64,000 bases of DNA, taken from the NCBI RefSeq assembly GCF_009914755.1, contig NC_060927.1. The stretch is one strand, 5' to 3'. Within the stretch, counting starts at the first letter, position 1. Each line of letters starts with the position of its first letter. Below are positions 31,601 through 44,959 of the stretch, in pieces. Made by a program: the position numbers and the translations under genes. The notes beneath the pieces are model-generated. The model was not told the DNA's origin. It worked only from the letters and a program-made list of their open reading frames with translations, and made no database searches. Source of the stretch: the human T2T-CHM13v2.0 reference genome, Homo sapiens.

Positions 31601-34386
31601 TCTGCTCTGATCTTTGTTATTTCTTTTCCTCTGCTATCTTTGGGTTTGTACTTGTTCCTCTAGTTCCTTGAGGTGCAATGTTTGGTTGTTAATTCATGCT
31701 CTTTCTACTTATTTGATATAGGCATTTAATGTCATAAAATTCCCTCTTAGCACTGCTTTTGCTTTGTCCCAGAGGTTTTGGTATATTGTGTTTCCATTTT
31801 CATTCGTTTCAATTTTTTAAATTTCCATCATAATTTCTTCATTGACTCAGAGACAGTTCAGGAGCATGCTGTCTAAGTTTCATGTATTTGTATAGTTTCT
31901 GAAGTTCCTCTTGGTATTGATTTCTACCTTTATCCCCCTGTGGTCTGAGGAGATACTTGATATAATTATGATTTAAAAAATTTCTTAAGACTTGTTTTGT
32001 GGCCTAACATGTGGTCTATCTTGCAGAATGTTACATGGGCTGATGAAAAGAATGTATATTCTGTACTTGTTGGGTAGAATGTTCTGTAAATGACTGTTAA
32101 GTCTATTTGGTCTCAAGTCTAATTTAAGTCCAATGTTTCTTCGTTAACTCTCTGTCTTGATGATCTGTTTATTGTTGTGAGTGGGATGTTGAAGTCCCCT
32201 ACCATTATTTGATTGCTGTTTATCTCTTTCTTTAGGTCTAGTAACACTTGTTTTGTGAATTTGGGTGCTCTGATGTTGGAGATATATATATCCAACACAT
32301 ACACATATATATGATTGTTATATCCTCTTGCTGAATTGATACCTTTATCATTATATAATGATTTTGTCTTTTATTGCCATATTTAATTTAAAGTCTGTTT
32401 TATCTGTAAGTATAGCTACTCCTGCTTGCTTTTGGTTTCCATTTGTGTGGAATATCTTTTTCTACCCCTTTACTTTGTCTACATATGTCTTTATGGGTAG
32501 GGTGAGTTTCTGGTAGGCAGTATATAGTTGCATTATTATTTTTTAAAAATACATTCTGCCCATTTCTATCTTTTAAGTAAGCATTTAATCTATTTACAAT
32601 CAAGGTTAATCTTGATATGTGAGGCTTTATTCTTGTCATATCATTAATTGTTTTCAAGTTGTTTTATAAATGCTTGTTTCATTTTTTTTCTCTTTTTGCC
32701 TTTGTGGTTTAATGAAATTTGGTCATGTTGCCATTAAATTCCTTTCTCTTCCTCCTTATTGTAGTTGTTTTATAAGAATTGTGAGTTTTATATTATGTGT
32801 TTTCATAATGGTGAACATTGACCTTTAATTTCCATGTTTTAGACCCCTTTAAGCATTTCCTGTAGGGCCTCTCTAGTGGTGACAAATTCCCTCAGCATTT
32901 GCTTGTCTGGGAAAGACTTTTTTTCTCCTTCATTTACGAAGCTTATTCTGGCAGGGTATAAAGTTCTTTGCTGATTTTTTTTTTCTTTCAGCACTTTGAA
33001 AATGCCATCCCATTCTCTTCTGGCCTGTGAGGTTACTGCTGAAAAGTCCACTGTGAGTCTGATGAGGTTGTCTTTATAGGTGACTAGGTGCTCTTCTTTT
33101 TGTAATTTAAAACTCTTTCTTTCACTTTAACTCTAGACTGAGTTAGGGAGAATGTTATATATTCTGAATATAATATTGCATGGTGAAGTCCTTTTTGCAA
33201 TGTATTTGCCTGGGGATTCCTAGGCCTTGTGTATCTGGATGTCTGTCTTGTTAGACTTTGGAAGTTTTCATCAATTACTTCCTTAAATAGATTTCCTAAA
33301 CTTTTTTATCTCTCTTCCCCATTTGGAATACCAATAATTCATTAGTTTGGTCACTGCATGCAGTCCTAGACATCTCAAAGGCTTTGTTCATTCTTTTTTA
33401 TTATTTTCTTCCTTATTTTTCTCCGACTAGATTATTTCAAAATATTTGTCTTCAAGTTGTGACATTCTTTCTTCTGGTCTAGTTTATTACTAAGGTTTTA
33501 AGTGTATTTCATATTTCCTTCAATGAATTCTTTAATTCCAAAATTTCCACTTTTTTTAAAAGAGATAATTTCTTGGTAAATTTCTCATTCATATCTTGAA
33601 TTTATATTCTGATTGCTTTGTATTGATTTTCAGATTTCTCTTGCATCCCATTAAGCTTCTTTAAAATCAGTGGTTTGAATTATTTACCTGGCATTTTGAG
33701 AAATTCTTTTTTATTAAGATCTATTGCTGGACAATTGTTGTAGTCCTTTGGTGCTGTCATATTTCCCTGCTTTTTCATGTTTCCTGTGTCCTTCCATTGA
33801 TATCTGCACATCTGGTGTAGCAGTCTCTTGTTCCAGCTTTTGAAATTGCTTTCATAGGGTAGAAATTTTTCCTGAACACGTATGTATGTAGTTGGTTGAA
33901 TATGATGATACTTTGGCTTTGATTTTGGGTGCCTGTGATAGTGTGATCTTAGTATGACTTCTCTGGCAGCACACAGGGTCCGTGGTATCTGTGACTTCCT
34001 TAGTGGCTTCAGGAACAGTGATTAGCTGAGGTTGTGGTGAAATTTTCTGGGGACTTCAGTGACAACTGAACTAGTCTTCACCCAACAGCAGCAGCAGTGG
34101 GGTGAATGTGACTGTTTGTAGGCTCCAGAGCAACTTGCACTGGCTCCAGTATTAGTGGGTTCTAGAGAGCTGATTCTTGGGCCTCCAGGCGGCTTGTTTA
34201 GAAGTTAGTAGTGACAGTGGTGGGCCAGGTGTGTGGGTGGGTTCTCAGTCCAATGGGCAGCTGGTGTTGTGTGGGTGGTGACAGTAGTGGTGGTGGAACA
34301 TCCAAATGGGATCCAAGCAGTCTGTGTTGTTGCTGGAAGCTGTTATGGGTTGGGTGGGCTAGTCCCCAGGTCCTCAGCCTCCTGCA

Positions 34387-35290
34387 GCAGGGCAGTGGAT
34401 ATTGCCCTGAATGTTCTTAGAAGAGCTTAATCTCTCCTGTCCCTTTCCCAGATGGGAGGCAGCTGCAGTACATCACTTATAACTCGGCTCAAGGATGGGC
34501 CCATCCTTAAACTCATTAAACTCATTAAACTCAAAATGGTGCCACCTATGAGTTTCTGAACAGATAGGGTGGGCAGCATGGGCTAGAAGCTGTGGACAGT
34601 GCATCCCACTCAAGTCTCAGTCTCACAGCAGCCTATAGCAGGGTGGTGGATATTGTCCTAGGAACATGTAGGAGAGCTTGGTTTTCTTGTCCCTCCTCAG
34701 ATGGGTGGCAGCTGCAGCTTCATCAACTTGAACTCCGCCTGAGGGCAGGGCATAGCCCAACGTTAAACTCTCAAAATGGTGTCAGCTGTGGGCTTGTGAC
34801 CAGAGACGGCGGGGCTTCTCTCAGGCAAACAGCAGAAGCAAGAAGCTGTGAAAGCGCAGTACCATTCGTGTCTCAGTTTCACAGCCGCCTGTTGTAGGGC
34901 AGTGGGTTTTGTCCTAGATGTGCATAGGAGGGCCTGGTTTCCCCGACCCTCCTTGGCCAGGCAACAGTTACTGCCAGGTAAGCCTGAATTCAGCCTTAGG
35001 GTGAGGCACAGCCCAGTGTCAAACCCTCAAGGTGGCACCTTGGGCCTGAGACTAGAGAAGGCGGGGTCCCTCCCAAGCAAGCAGCTGTAAGGAGTGCAGT
35101 CTGCTCACATTCCATTCTCAACAGCAGCCTCAGTAGGGTGATGGAGACCCTCCCAATGGTGCATGGGAGTGCCTAGTTTCCCTCGCACCCTCCTTGGAGC
35201 AATGCAGTGGCAACAGCCATCATATGTAGATCCCCCGTATCTAAGCTCTCAAAATGGCGCCCAGCTGAGGCTGCTCAGGGCTCAGATGCC
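34387..35290. repeat. Four diverged ~250-bp tandem units in the L1PB 5' UTR
   Basis: Unit anchors g(c/t)aggg..(g/a)tgg at 34387, 34638, 34894 and 35133, each followed by a variant of aaactctcaaaatgg. Confidence 0.75.
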
Positions 35291-37084
35291 TGTGAGAGTT
35301 CCCTCTCTGGAGCAACATCTCTCTGCAATCTTTAGGCAGCTCCTTATGTTATGCCCAATTTCATAGTGGGTTTCTCCTGTGGCCAAGATTGTAAAAGCCA
35401 AGCCCTGGGGGTTTCCGTCTTATTGCTTCCCTGCATCCAGGAGCCTCTCATGATTCTGTCAGTCCTCTGCCAGGCAAGCTGCTTGCCTCCAACCCTCTCC
35501 TTACTTCTGGTGATTCCTATCTCTTCTCTGGTGAATCCTAGCATTCTCTTCTAGATGCTCTGCTTGAAATGTGAGTATTGTACTATTCTGCTTCCTCTCC
35601 TTAGAGGAGGTACGTACTACCTGCGTCTAGCAGCCATCTTGATCCCTCTCCTGTAAGAACATTTTTAAAATTCAAAATCTGTTTCTGATGGAAACTTTAT
35701 GATAGTAAGAATGATGAAATTGGAAAAAAAAAAAAAAGGGATTTCCCAGAAAACTACAGAAGACATCATAGTAAGTGGTGAAACTGTGGAAGTGTTCCCA
35801 CTAATGTAAAGAACAATGCCAGGATGAAAGTTATCACTGCCAATATTAAAGATTGTCCTGAATGTATTTGCCAAGAGAGAAAAAAGAAATAACATATAAA
35901 TCCAGACAAAATATAAACAGACAAAACTGTTATCTGTTGGCAACATAACCATATACATTGAAAATTCTATAAAACCAACTGTTAAATTGTTAGGACAAGT
36001 AAGAGAGTATAGCGAGGGAGCTTAGTATCAAATTTAAGAGTCAGTTATTTACTTTTATATCGGCAAAACCAATTTTAGGGCAACGACTTTTTAAATCCGC
36101 ATTCATTTTTTCAAAAATCTATAAAATTTCTATTTCTAGGTTCATAATGTATTAGTATAATATAACAATAGCTAATAATAAAATTTGGAATTATTAAGGA
36201 CCTATATAAAGCAAACAATAAAATTTTGGAGAACATTCAAAAGTTCATTATCATGGGAAAATATGCTGTGATACTGAATAGGATGATTCTAATTGTTAAC
36301 ATGTCAATTCTCTAAAATGTAATTATTATCTACAATTACAATAGAAATGTTTAAATAAATTTTATAAGAGATTCCAAAACTCATCTGAAAAACAAAATGT
36401 GCAAGAATAGCCAAAATTATTTGAAAAGAAAAGAAAAAAGCAGTAAGAGAGGAATATATTCTATAATATTAAAAAATATACTATCAAACTATAATTATAA
36501 CTACATGGTACTGATTTGGGTATAAATAAGTAGATAAACTAAATACAAAATAGATAATAAAACTCATACATGTATGGAAATTGAGTATAGTAAAAGCAGC
36601 ATTGCAAATGAGTTTTTAAAAGGATGGAATATTCAGTCAATGATTTGGGGAGAAATAGCTATCTATTGTAGAAGAACAAAACAGAATCAACTTACCTTTT
36701 CTCCTCACAAATATAAATTGTGGGTAGATTAAAAAGCTAAATATAAAACAAATAAAACATGTATGAAAGTACAGGGAGAAAAGTTAGGCTGTGTTTATAA
36801 TCAGCAGAGAAGGAGGAGTTCTTAGGACATAGTGCAAAAACCACAAAAAGAAAAAAACTGAAAAATTTGACCATAACAAAACTAAGTAAAAAAAAAAAAC
36901 TAATCATAGACTGAAAATATTTGCATAAGTACAAATACATGCTAGACAATAAATAACATTCAGAACATATAATGAACTGCAGTGAAAATAAGAGACAAAA
37001 GAAATAAGCCACCCAATAGAAAAAAAGGCAAAGGTTATGCATAGAAAACTCCAGGAAAGGATATTTAGATAAGCCTACAACTTT

Positions 37085-38118
37085 GAAGTGAGGAGCCTTA
37101 CTCTTTTATTAGAATATCTATGGTCCCAAAAGTGTCCCAAGAGGGTGAGGCAAACTCCTATCATTGTTGTTGTTTTCTTTCTGTCCTCCTGCCACTTGGC
37201 CTAAGATTTTGATGCAGTTATGGGAAGCAGGATAACTAAAGCCCTAGTGTTAGTTTCCTAGCCAGACAAGCAGAATGAGGAATCCCGGGGAAACAGGAAG
37301 TATAAAAGAGATTGCAGAGAGGTAGGAACTTGGGAAATTAACCCCATAGAGTTGTTTATGAAATCTTGGGTTCACCTCTAACTGTGCATGCACGGTTTTT
37401 ATTTTATGTGTATTTTGCCACAATAAACAGCTTACCAAAAAATTTGAGAACTAAATTAGGAGATAGACTGCTTCCCAGGACCCAGACTGCCCACTGGGTG
37501 GCATACATGCAGGACAAATCTGAATAGCCCTGCAAAGGTTTTGTAAATAGCACTCATTTGAAACCACCAACTACAGAAGCCTGGTTAAAACCTGCAGCCT
37601 GAACTCAATTGAGTTGACTGCCCCTAAAAACAAAGTATCAATATTTTCCAGAGAATTTAAATAAGACTCAGAATTCCATAACATAATATTGAAAATGGCC
37701 AGGACACAATCAAAATCACTTGGCATACGAAAAAACTGGAACATCTCAACTCTCATGAAAAAAGGCAGTCAACAGATGCCAACATCAATATGACATAAAT
37801 ATTAAGATTATCTGACAAAAACCTTAAAATAGCTATTATAATATGCTATAAAAGGATAAACACTCTTAAAATGAATGGAAGATAGTCTCAACAACGACAA
37901 AAAAGTAGCAGATATAAAGAACCACATGGATAGTCGAGCTAAACAATACAAGAACCAACAATACAATAACAGAACTAAACCTTGTTCTGGGTTTAGTAAC
38001 AGAATGGAGAGGACAGAGAGAAAAAGCAGAGACCTTGAAGATAGGTCAGTAGAAATTATCCAATCTGAAAAACATAGAGAAAAAAAATGGAAAAAAGTAT
38101 ATAGAAAAAAAGTACAGA
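37085..38118 (+). mobile_element. Old L1M 5' UTR / ORF1 fragment
   Basis: taacataatattgaaaatggccaggacacaatcaaaatcact; cttgaagataggtcagtagaaattatccaatctgaa. Confidence 0.7.
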
Positions 38119-38219
38119 GGCTGGGTGAGGTAGTTCACCCCTCTAATCCTAGCACTTTGGGAAGCCAAGGTTGGAGTATCACTTGAAGCCAAGAGTTCAA
38201 GACCAGCCTGGGCAACAAA
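38119..38219 (+). mobile_element. AluJ/FLAM left-monomer fragment
   Basis: ggctgggtgaggtag...gagttcaagaccagcctgggcaaca, then an abrupt end. Confidence 0.85.
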
Positions 38220-38500
38220 TGCTGCATGATTCCAATTATATGAGGTACCTAGAGTAGTCAAAATTACAGAGACAGAAAGTAGAACAGTAGTTTTCAGGGA
38301 ATGGAGGGAGGAGAGAATGAATGGTGGAGGGTTATTTAATGGATGTAGATTTTCAGCTTTGCAAGATGAAAAGAGTTCTGGAGATGGATGGTGATGCTGG
38401 TTGCACAATAATATGAATATACTTAATACCACTTAACTGTACACTTAAAACTGGTTAAGATAGTAAATTTTATGTTATGTGTATTTTGCCATAGTAATTT
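38220..38500 (+). mobile_element. L1MB 3' end fragment
   Basis: gagttctggagatggatggtgatgctggttgcacaataatatgaatatacttaatacc. Confidence 0.82.
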
Positions 38501-38769
38501 TTTTATATAATGTGTTGATGGAAAAGATGAAACAAGATTGTCATTATTTGCAGATAATATTATTTATATGGAAAATCTAAAAGAATCTATAGAAAAAGTA
38601 ATACAATTAATAAGAAAGTTCAGCAAATTTGCTGGGTCCAAACTCAGTATAAAAAATCAATTACACTTCTCTAGCAAAGTTGCTGGATACAAGATCAATG
38701 TACAAAAATCAATTTCATCTCTATACACTAGCAATAAATAATCTGAAAATGAAATTAAGAAAATAATTC

Positions 38770-38897
38770 CAGGAGGCTAAGGTAGGAGGAGTGCTTGAGC
38801 CTGGGAAGTTGAGGCTGCAGTGAGCCATGATTGCATCACAGCACTCCAGCCTGGGCCATAAAGTGAGACCCTGTCTCAAAAAAAAAAAAAAAAAAAA
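38770..38897 (+). mobile_element. AluJ/FRAM right-arm fragment
   Basis: gcttgagcctgggaagttgaggctgcagtgagccatgatt plus A-tail. Confidence 0.9.
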
Positions 38898-39324
38898 TTA
38901 ACTCAGTTTGGATGACAGATGTAAATATTAAGAACTAAAACTATAAAATTCTTGGAAGGAAGCACAGAAGTAAATCTTTGCAATCATGGGTGAGGCAGTG
39001 ATTTCTTATATACAATGAAAAGCACAGTTATTAAAAGATAAGATTGATAAGTTGGACTTCCTCAAATTTTAAAACTTTTGTTTTCAAAGAACATAAGTAG
39101 AAAAGCAAACATAGATTGAAAAAATATTTGCAAATTATATATCTGATAAAAATCTACTATACAGAATATATAAAGAACTCTTAAAACTCAATAATAAAAA
39201 GACAACCCAATTTAAAAATGGGCAAAGATTTGAAGAGAAACTTCTTGAAGAAAGATATACAAATGGCTCATAAGCACATGAAAAAGATGCTCATCATTAT
39301 TAGCTATTAGGGGAATGTAGATCA

Positions 39325-39607
39325 TTTTTTAAATTTTTTATTTTTTGAGACAGGATCTCTCTTCATCAACTAGGCTGGAGCGCAGTGGTACAATCATGGC
39401 TCACTGCAACCTCCACCTCCTAGGATCAAGCAATCCTCTCACCTCAGCCTCCTGAGAAGCTGGAACCACAGGCATGCAACACCATGTCTGGCTAATTTTT
39501 TTGATTTTTTTTGTAGAGATGGGGTTTCACTATGTTGCCCAGGCTGGTCTCCAACTCCTGGACTCAAGGGATTCTCCAGCCTCAGCCTCCCAAAGTGCTG
39601 GGATTTT
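39325..39607 (-). mobile_element. AluJ, 5' end clipped
   Basis: caatcatggctcactgc, cactatgttgcccaggctgg, ctcctggactcaag. Confidence 0.92.
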
Positions 39608-39720
39608 AGGGGGAAATGTTAATCAATCCCACAATAAGATACCACTTCATACCCCCTATCATATGGGTATGATGGAAAAAAAAAAGAAAGCCAATAACAA
39701 GCATTGGCAAGGATGTGAAG

Positions 39721-39782
39721 AAACTGGAAACCTTATACATAGTGGGAATGTAAACTGGAAACCTTATACATAGTGGGAATGT
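39721..39782. repeat. Perfect 31-bp tandem duplication
   Basis: aaactggaaaccttatacatagtgggaatgt x2. Confidence 0.96.
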
Positions 39783-40127
39783 AAAATGGTGCAGCCACTT
39801 TGGAAAACATTTTGGCAATCCCTCAAAATGCCAAGAGTTACCACATGAGCCAGAAATTCCATTCCTATATATCTACCCTAAAGAAATAAAAACATATGTC
39901 CACAAAAGAACTTATACATAAATGCTTATAGTAGCATTATTCATAACAGCCAAAAGCACAACCAACCAAAATGTCCATCGAATGATGAATGGATAAACAA
40001 AATGTAGTAGATCCATACAGAGGAATATTACTCAGCTATAAAAAGGAATGAGTTACTGATACATGTTACAAATGGATGAACCTTAAAAGCATTATGCTAA
40101 GAGAAAGAAGGCAGTTATATATTGTAT

Positions 40128-40635
40128 TAGTGATTCCCAATCTCTGCCACCAGGGACAGGTTTCATGGAAGTCAGTTTTTCCACAGATGGTGTGGTGTGT
40201 AGCGGGGTGGTTTCAGGATTCAAGCAAATTACATTTATTGTGCACTTTATTTCTATTATTATTACATTGTAACATATGTACAATGTAATACTCACCATAA
40301 TGTAGAATCAGTGGGAGCCCTGAGCTTATTTTCCAGCAACTAGACACTCCCAGTCTGGGGTGATGGGAGACAGTGACAGATCATCAGGCTTTAGATTCTC
40401 ATAAGGAGCATGCAGCCTAGATCCCTCGCATGTGCGGTTCACAATAGGGATCATGTTTTTATGAGAATCTAATGCCACCGCTGATCTGATGGGAGGTGGA
40501 GCTCAGGTGGTGCTGCAACTGATAGGGAGCAGCTATAAATACAGATGAAGCTTTGTTCCTTCCTGCTGTGTGGCCCAGTTCCTAACATGCCATTGGACTA
40601 GTATCAGTTCATGGTTCAGGGGTTGGGGATGCCTG
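40128..40635 (-). mobile_element. MER1A (hAT-Charlie)
   Basis: MER1 core plus the MER1A internal part (ttacatttattgtgcactttatttctatt); end ggttggggatgcctg. Confidence 0.9.
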
Positions 40636-40747
40636 TAGAGTATGATCCCATTGATATGAAATGTCCAGAATAGGCAGATCTGTAGAGACAAAAAGTAGAT
40701 TAGTGGTTGTCTGTGAGGGAGAAGAATGGGGAATGATTGCTAATGGG

Positions 40748-41279
40748 TAATAAAGATTATCTCCTCAACCAAACTCTCTAGTCAGGCTCCTCTGAGCCCT
40801 CTTCTCAACTAGGCATCCACCTTGGCCTATACAGACTTGAATTAAACACTAACATGGTTTCCAACAGCTCAAGGCCACATCTCTAGGATGACCCTGCACC
40901 CCCTTATAAAGTGTCTGCTTGAGAAAAGTCAAGGCTGCCAAACAAATTTACTGTTGTTGCAGCAACACCTGAAGATACAGCCCCTGTCTCCCAGACTCTG
41001 TGGAAGGGTAGGAATCTAACTTGTTCAATAAGTGCCAGTTAGCAAACCCAGATGAGTTTCACATGGACCAAGTGCCCCTTCCAGCTTTTTGTAATTTTTC
41101 ACTTCCCTGACTCTACTGAGTTCCCCCTTCCCTGTTCTGTCATTGTTCTTTAAAATGCCCAGTCACCTCTGTTACAAGTTTTTAGTTCACACTGGACTCT
41201 TCCCTATTACAATAGTTATTACTGATTAAAACTTGTCCTTACCACTTTAACTACTGTCTAGCTTTGTTTGTCTTTGACA
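40748..41279 (+). mobile_element. ERV1 solo LTR, MER67/MER31 family
   Basis: accaaactctctagtcaggctcctctgagccctcttctcaactagg; ends ...tctttgaca. Confidence 0.8.
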
Positions 41280-41423
41280 TAGATACAAAGTTTCTTTCTG
41301 GTACAGTGAAAATATTCTAAGATTATAGTGATGGCTATACAACTCTGTAAATAGAACAAAATTACTGAATTGCACACTTCAAATAGATTAATTTTATAGT
41401 ATGTAAATATCAATAAAGCTGTT

Positions 41424-44110
41424 AAAAATCAATATTTTTATATTCCAGCAATAGTTAAACTTTGAAAGAAGATATATTTATAATAACACACAAATATCAA
41501 GTACCTAGGAATAAATCTAATAGAAGATTTGCAAGACTCTTTAGAGAAAATAATAAAACTTTTTAAAGAGAAATTCAGAAGACCTGAACAGAAATGCCAT
41601 GTTCACTGGCTGGAAAACACATATTAAAAGGATGAACCTCCAGTTTCTGGTTTGTCATACAAAGAGCTTGGAAGTTGTCACCCCATCCTCACACAAGAAA
41701 AAAAGTTGAACAAACTCAAAATCAACAACTCTTCTTAGATTCCTCAGAGAATTGAGGTCACAGGGCAAACTGCTACCCTGAAAACTAGAGAGATAGACAG
41801 GTGGATACAGAGAACCACAGCTCACCAGGAGAAGCTCAGAAGGAGAAGCCTGCAGCTGGAGGCAACACTGATAGGAATCCAGATGCTCCTCAACTCAGAT
41901 ATGGCAGAGATGTTGGCATTATCAGAGCAGAAATTTAAAGTAACTATGATTAATATGTTGAGGGCTCTAATGGGAAAAATGGACAAGATGCAAGAACAGA
42001 TGGGTAATGTAAGCAGAGAGATGGAAACTGTAAGATAGTAATAAAAGGAAATGCTACAGATTAAAAACACTACAACAGACATGAGCTTTGCAACATATGT
42101 GTAACAGGAATACCAGAAGAAGAAAGAAAGAAATGAAATATTTGAGATATGTATGGAATGTCCATTCTTATCAAGGAACCTGCCCCTGATAGTCACGTAG
42201 GTTCTTTTCTATTTTCCCTAAGCATCGGCTGGGTTGAGAAATAAAGGGACAGAGTACGAAAGAGAGAAATTTTAAAGCTGGGTGTCCAGGGGAGACATCA
42301 CATGTCGGTAGGTTCCGTGATGCCCCAAAAGTCGCAAAACCAGCAAGTTTTTATTAGTGATTTTCAAAGGGGAGGGGGTGTACGAATAGGGTGTGGGTCA
42401 CAGAGATCACATGCTTCACAAGGTAATAGAATATCACAAGGCAAATGGAGGCAGGGCGAGATCACAGGACCACAGGACCGGGGCAAAATTAAAATTGCTA
42501 ATGAAGTTTCAGGCACCATTGTCATTGATAACATCTTATCAGGAGACAGGATTTGAGAGCAACTGGTCTGACCAAAATTTATTAGGCAGGAATTTCCTCG
42601 TCCTAATAAGCCTGGGAGCACTATGGGAGACTGGGGCTTATTTCATCCCTACAGCTTCGACCACAGAAGACGGCCACACCCAAGGGGGCCATTTTAGAGT
42701 CCCACCATCAGGGGTGCATTCTCTTTCTCAGGGATGTTCCTTGCTGAGAAAAAGAATTCAGTGATATTTCTCCCATTTGCTTTTGAAAGAAGAGAAATAT
42801 GGCTCTGTTCCACCCGGCTCACCAGTGGTCAGAGTTTAAGGTTATCTCTCTTGTTCCCTGAACCTTGCTGTTATCTTGTTCTTTTTTCAAGGTGCCCAGA
42901 TTTCATATTGTTCAAGCACACATGCTCTACAATTTGTGCAGTTAATGCAATCATCACAGGGTCCTGAGGCGACATACATCCTCCTCAGCTTACGAGATGA
43001 CAGGATTAAGAGATTAAAGTAAAGACAGGCATAGGAAATCACAAGGGTATTGATTGGGGAAGTGATAAGTGTCCATGAAATCTTCACAATTTATGTTTAG
43101 AGATTGCAGTAAAGACAGGCATAAGAAATTATAAAAGTATTAATTTGGGGAACTAATAAATGTCCATGAAATCTTCACAATCCATGTTCTTCTGCCATGG
43201 CTTCAGCCGGTCCCTCCATTCGGGGTCCCTGACTTCCACAACACATTCTCCCCAATTTGATCTCTAGATTCATATGTTCTCAACCAAAATGTACCATAGA
43301 GTTTTTAAAAATGTTGTTTTGTAGAACTTGACAAGCTGATTCTAAAATGCACACAGAAAATACAAAGGGCTATGTAGAGCCAAGATCTCTTAAAGAAGAC
43401 AAAGTGTATAAAACACTTGCTCTATCAGATAGTAAGACACTACAAAGCAATAACAGTACAGACAATGTGGCATAAGCACAAGCCAGTGGAATGGAATACC
43501 GAGCCAAAAAACATATATAGGTAGATTAGATTCCAGACAAATGTGGCACCACAAAACAATGGAGAATGAATGGCCTTTTTTGGTAAATTATTCTGGAACT
43601 ATAAGATACCATATGAATTACAAATGAAATTTAACTCCTATATCAAACCATGCACAAAAATCAATTCCAGGTGGAATATGGACCTAAATGTAAAATGTAA
43701 AACAATAGAGATTTTAGAAGGTAATATAGAAGAATATAACTGTGGATAAAGATTTTTATAGCACAAAAAGCACTACCATAACAGCAAAGATTGATATATT
43801 TGACTACCTTAAGGAAAGAAATTTGTTCAGCCAAAGATGCCATCAAGGAAATGAAATGGCAAGCACAGTATAGCAGAAAATATCTGTAGTACATATAACT
43901 GGCAAAGGGATTGCATATCTGATATAGAATTCCTATAATTCATAAAGGAAAAGGCAGACAACAGAAAAAGGAGCAAAAGGGGCAAATGGGCATTTAAAAG
44001 AGGATATTGAAATGACAGAAAAAGAGACAAAAAGGTTTCTGACCTCATTAGTAAACACAGTGAGATATTACTATAACCCCACATGACTGGTTGAAATATA
44101 AAAGTTTCAC
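41424..44110 (+). mobile_element. Old L1M fragments: an L1ME-type ORF2 remnant plus a separate L1M 5' fragment at ~41636-42145; interrupted by MER11
   Basis: agtacctaggaataaatctaa; ttgacaagctgattctaaaatgcac; ttctggtttgtcatacaaagagcttggaag. Confidence 0.65.
42169..43243 (-). mobile_element. MER11C-type solo LTR (HERV-K11 / HML-8)
   Basis: 1075 bp; gagaaataaagggacagagtac..agagagaaattttaaagctggg; end ggggtccctgacttccacaaca. Perfect 6-bp TSD cattct (42163-42168 / 43244-43249). Confidence 0.93.
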
Positions 44111-44959
44111 AAGACCACGGAGAAAGAGAGAATCACCAGTGCATGGTAGAATGTGAAAAGATCAAGCTGCAGGACAGAAGACATACTAAACAAACAATGG
44201 TGATAACCTAGGATGGGAGAGATCAGGCCATGCTGTAATAACTCATGGGCTTACAGCCCGTCTGCCTAACTGTAGAGAGCCATGTTATCCCACGTGAATA
44301 CAGATGCAAGTGTAAACAGCACTTCAGGAAGTGGTTTCTGGAAACAACATCTGAAGACTGAAGTGGAGAGCCCTGAAATCCCTTCCCATGGGTTCTCCCC
44401 AGAGCCCTTGATTCAGCCTCCAAGAAGGGTGTGGAAATTCTCCTGACATGGGCACTGGGAAGGGTTCTCTCCTTCTTTGCCCCAGGCACTGAGATGAGCC
44501 CTTCACGGTGGGAGGCAGGGAGGACCAGGTAGCCTTTTATTAACTGCTTAAAACCAATTCGTTCTCTGAGCAAAACTCCTGCTCAAAATGTATGATGAGT
44601 TGATGATTGTTACTAATTGAAATATAATGGGAGAAGGGCTTGCAATGGTTATTTTTTGTGTGCTAAGGCAATCTACAAAGAAACCAGTGGAACAAGTTGT
44701 TTTGCATTTTAATCCAAGCAAATGGACAACTTGTCATGCAATATGAAGCACTGTTATCTCTTCCTATAAGTGTGTGTGTAGAAGGGTCGGGGGTATTTAA
44801 ACACTCTGGTAGAAGTTTCCTACTTTTGGAAGCTAGGGACGAATGTGGGCTTCCTGGTAGGGACCTGGACCAGTAGGAGGCAGGAAATTCTAGAATAGGC
44901 AAGAGAGCAGAAAAAAGCCTTCCCATAGCACAGGGTGTAATGGGCACTCAATGAATGGC

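Larger units (their letters stand above)
38672..41423 (+). mobile_element. L1MB7/8-type 3' portion with nested Alu, MER1A and LTR
   Basis: ORF2 end and 3' UTR (ggatgaaccttaaaagcattatgctaa, gaaatgtccagaataggcagatc, caataaagctgtt). Flanking repeat aaaaatcaat. Confidence 0.8.
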
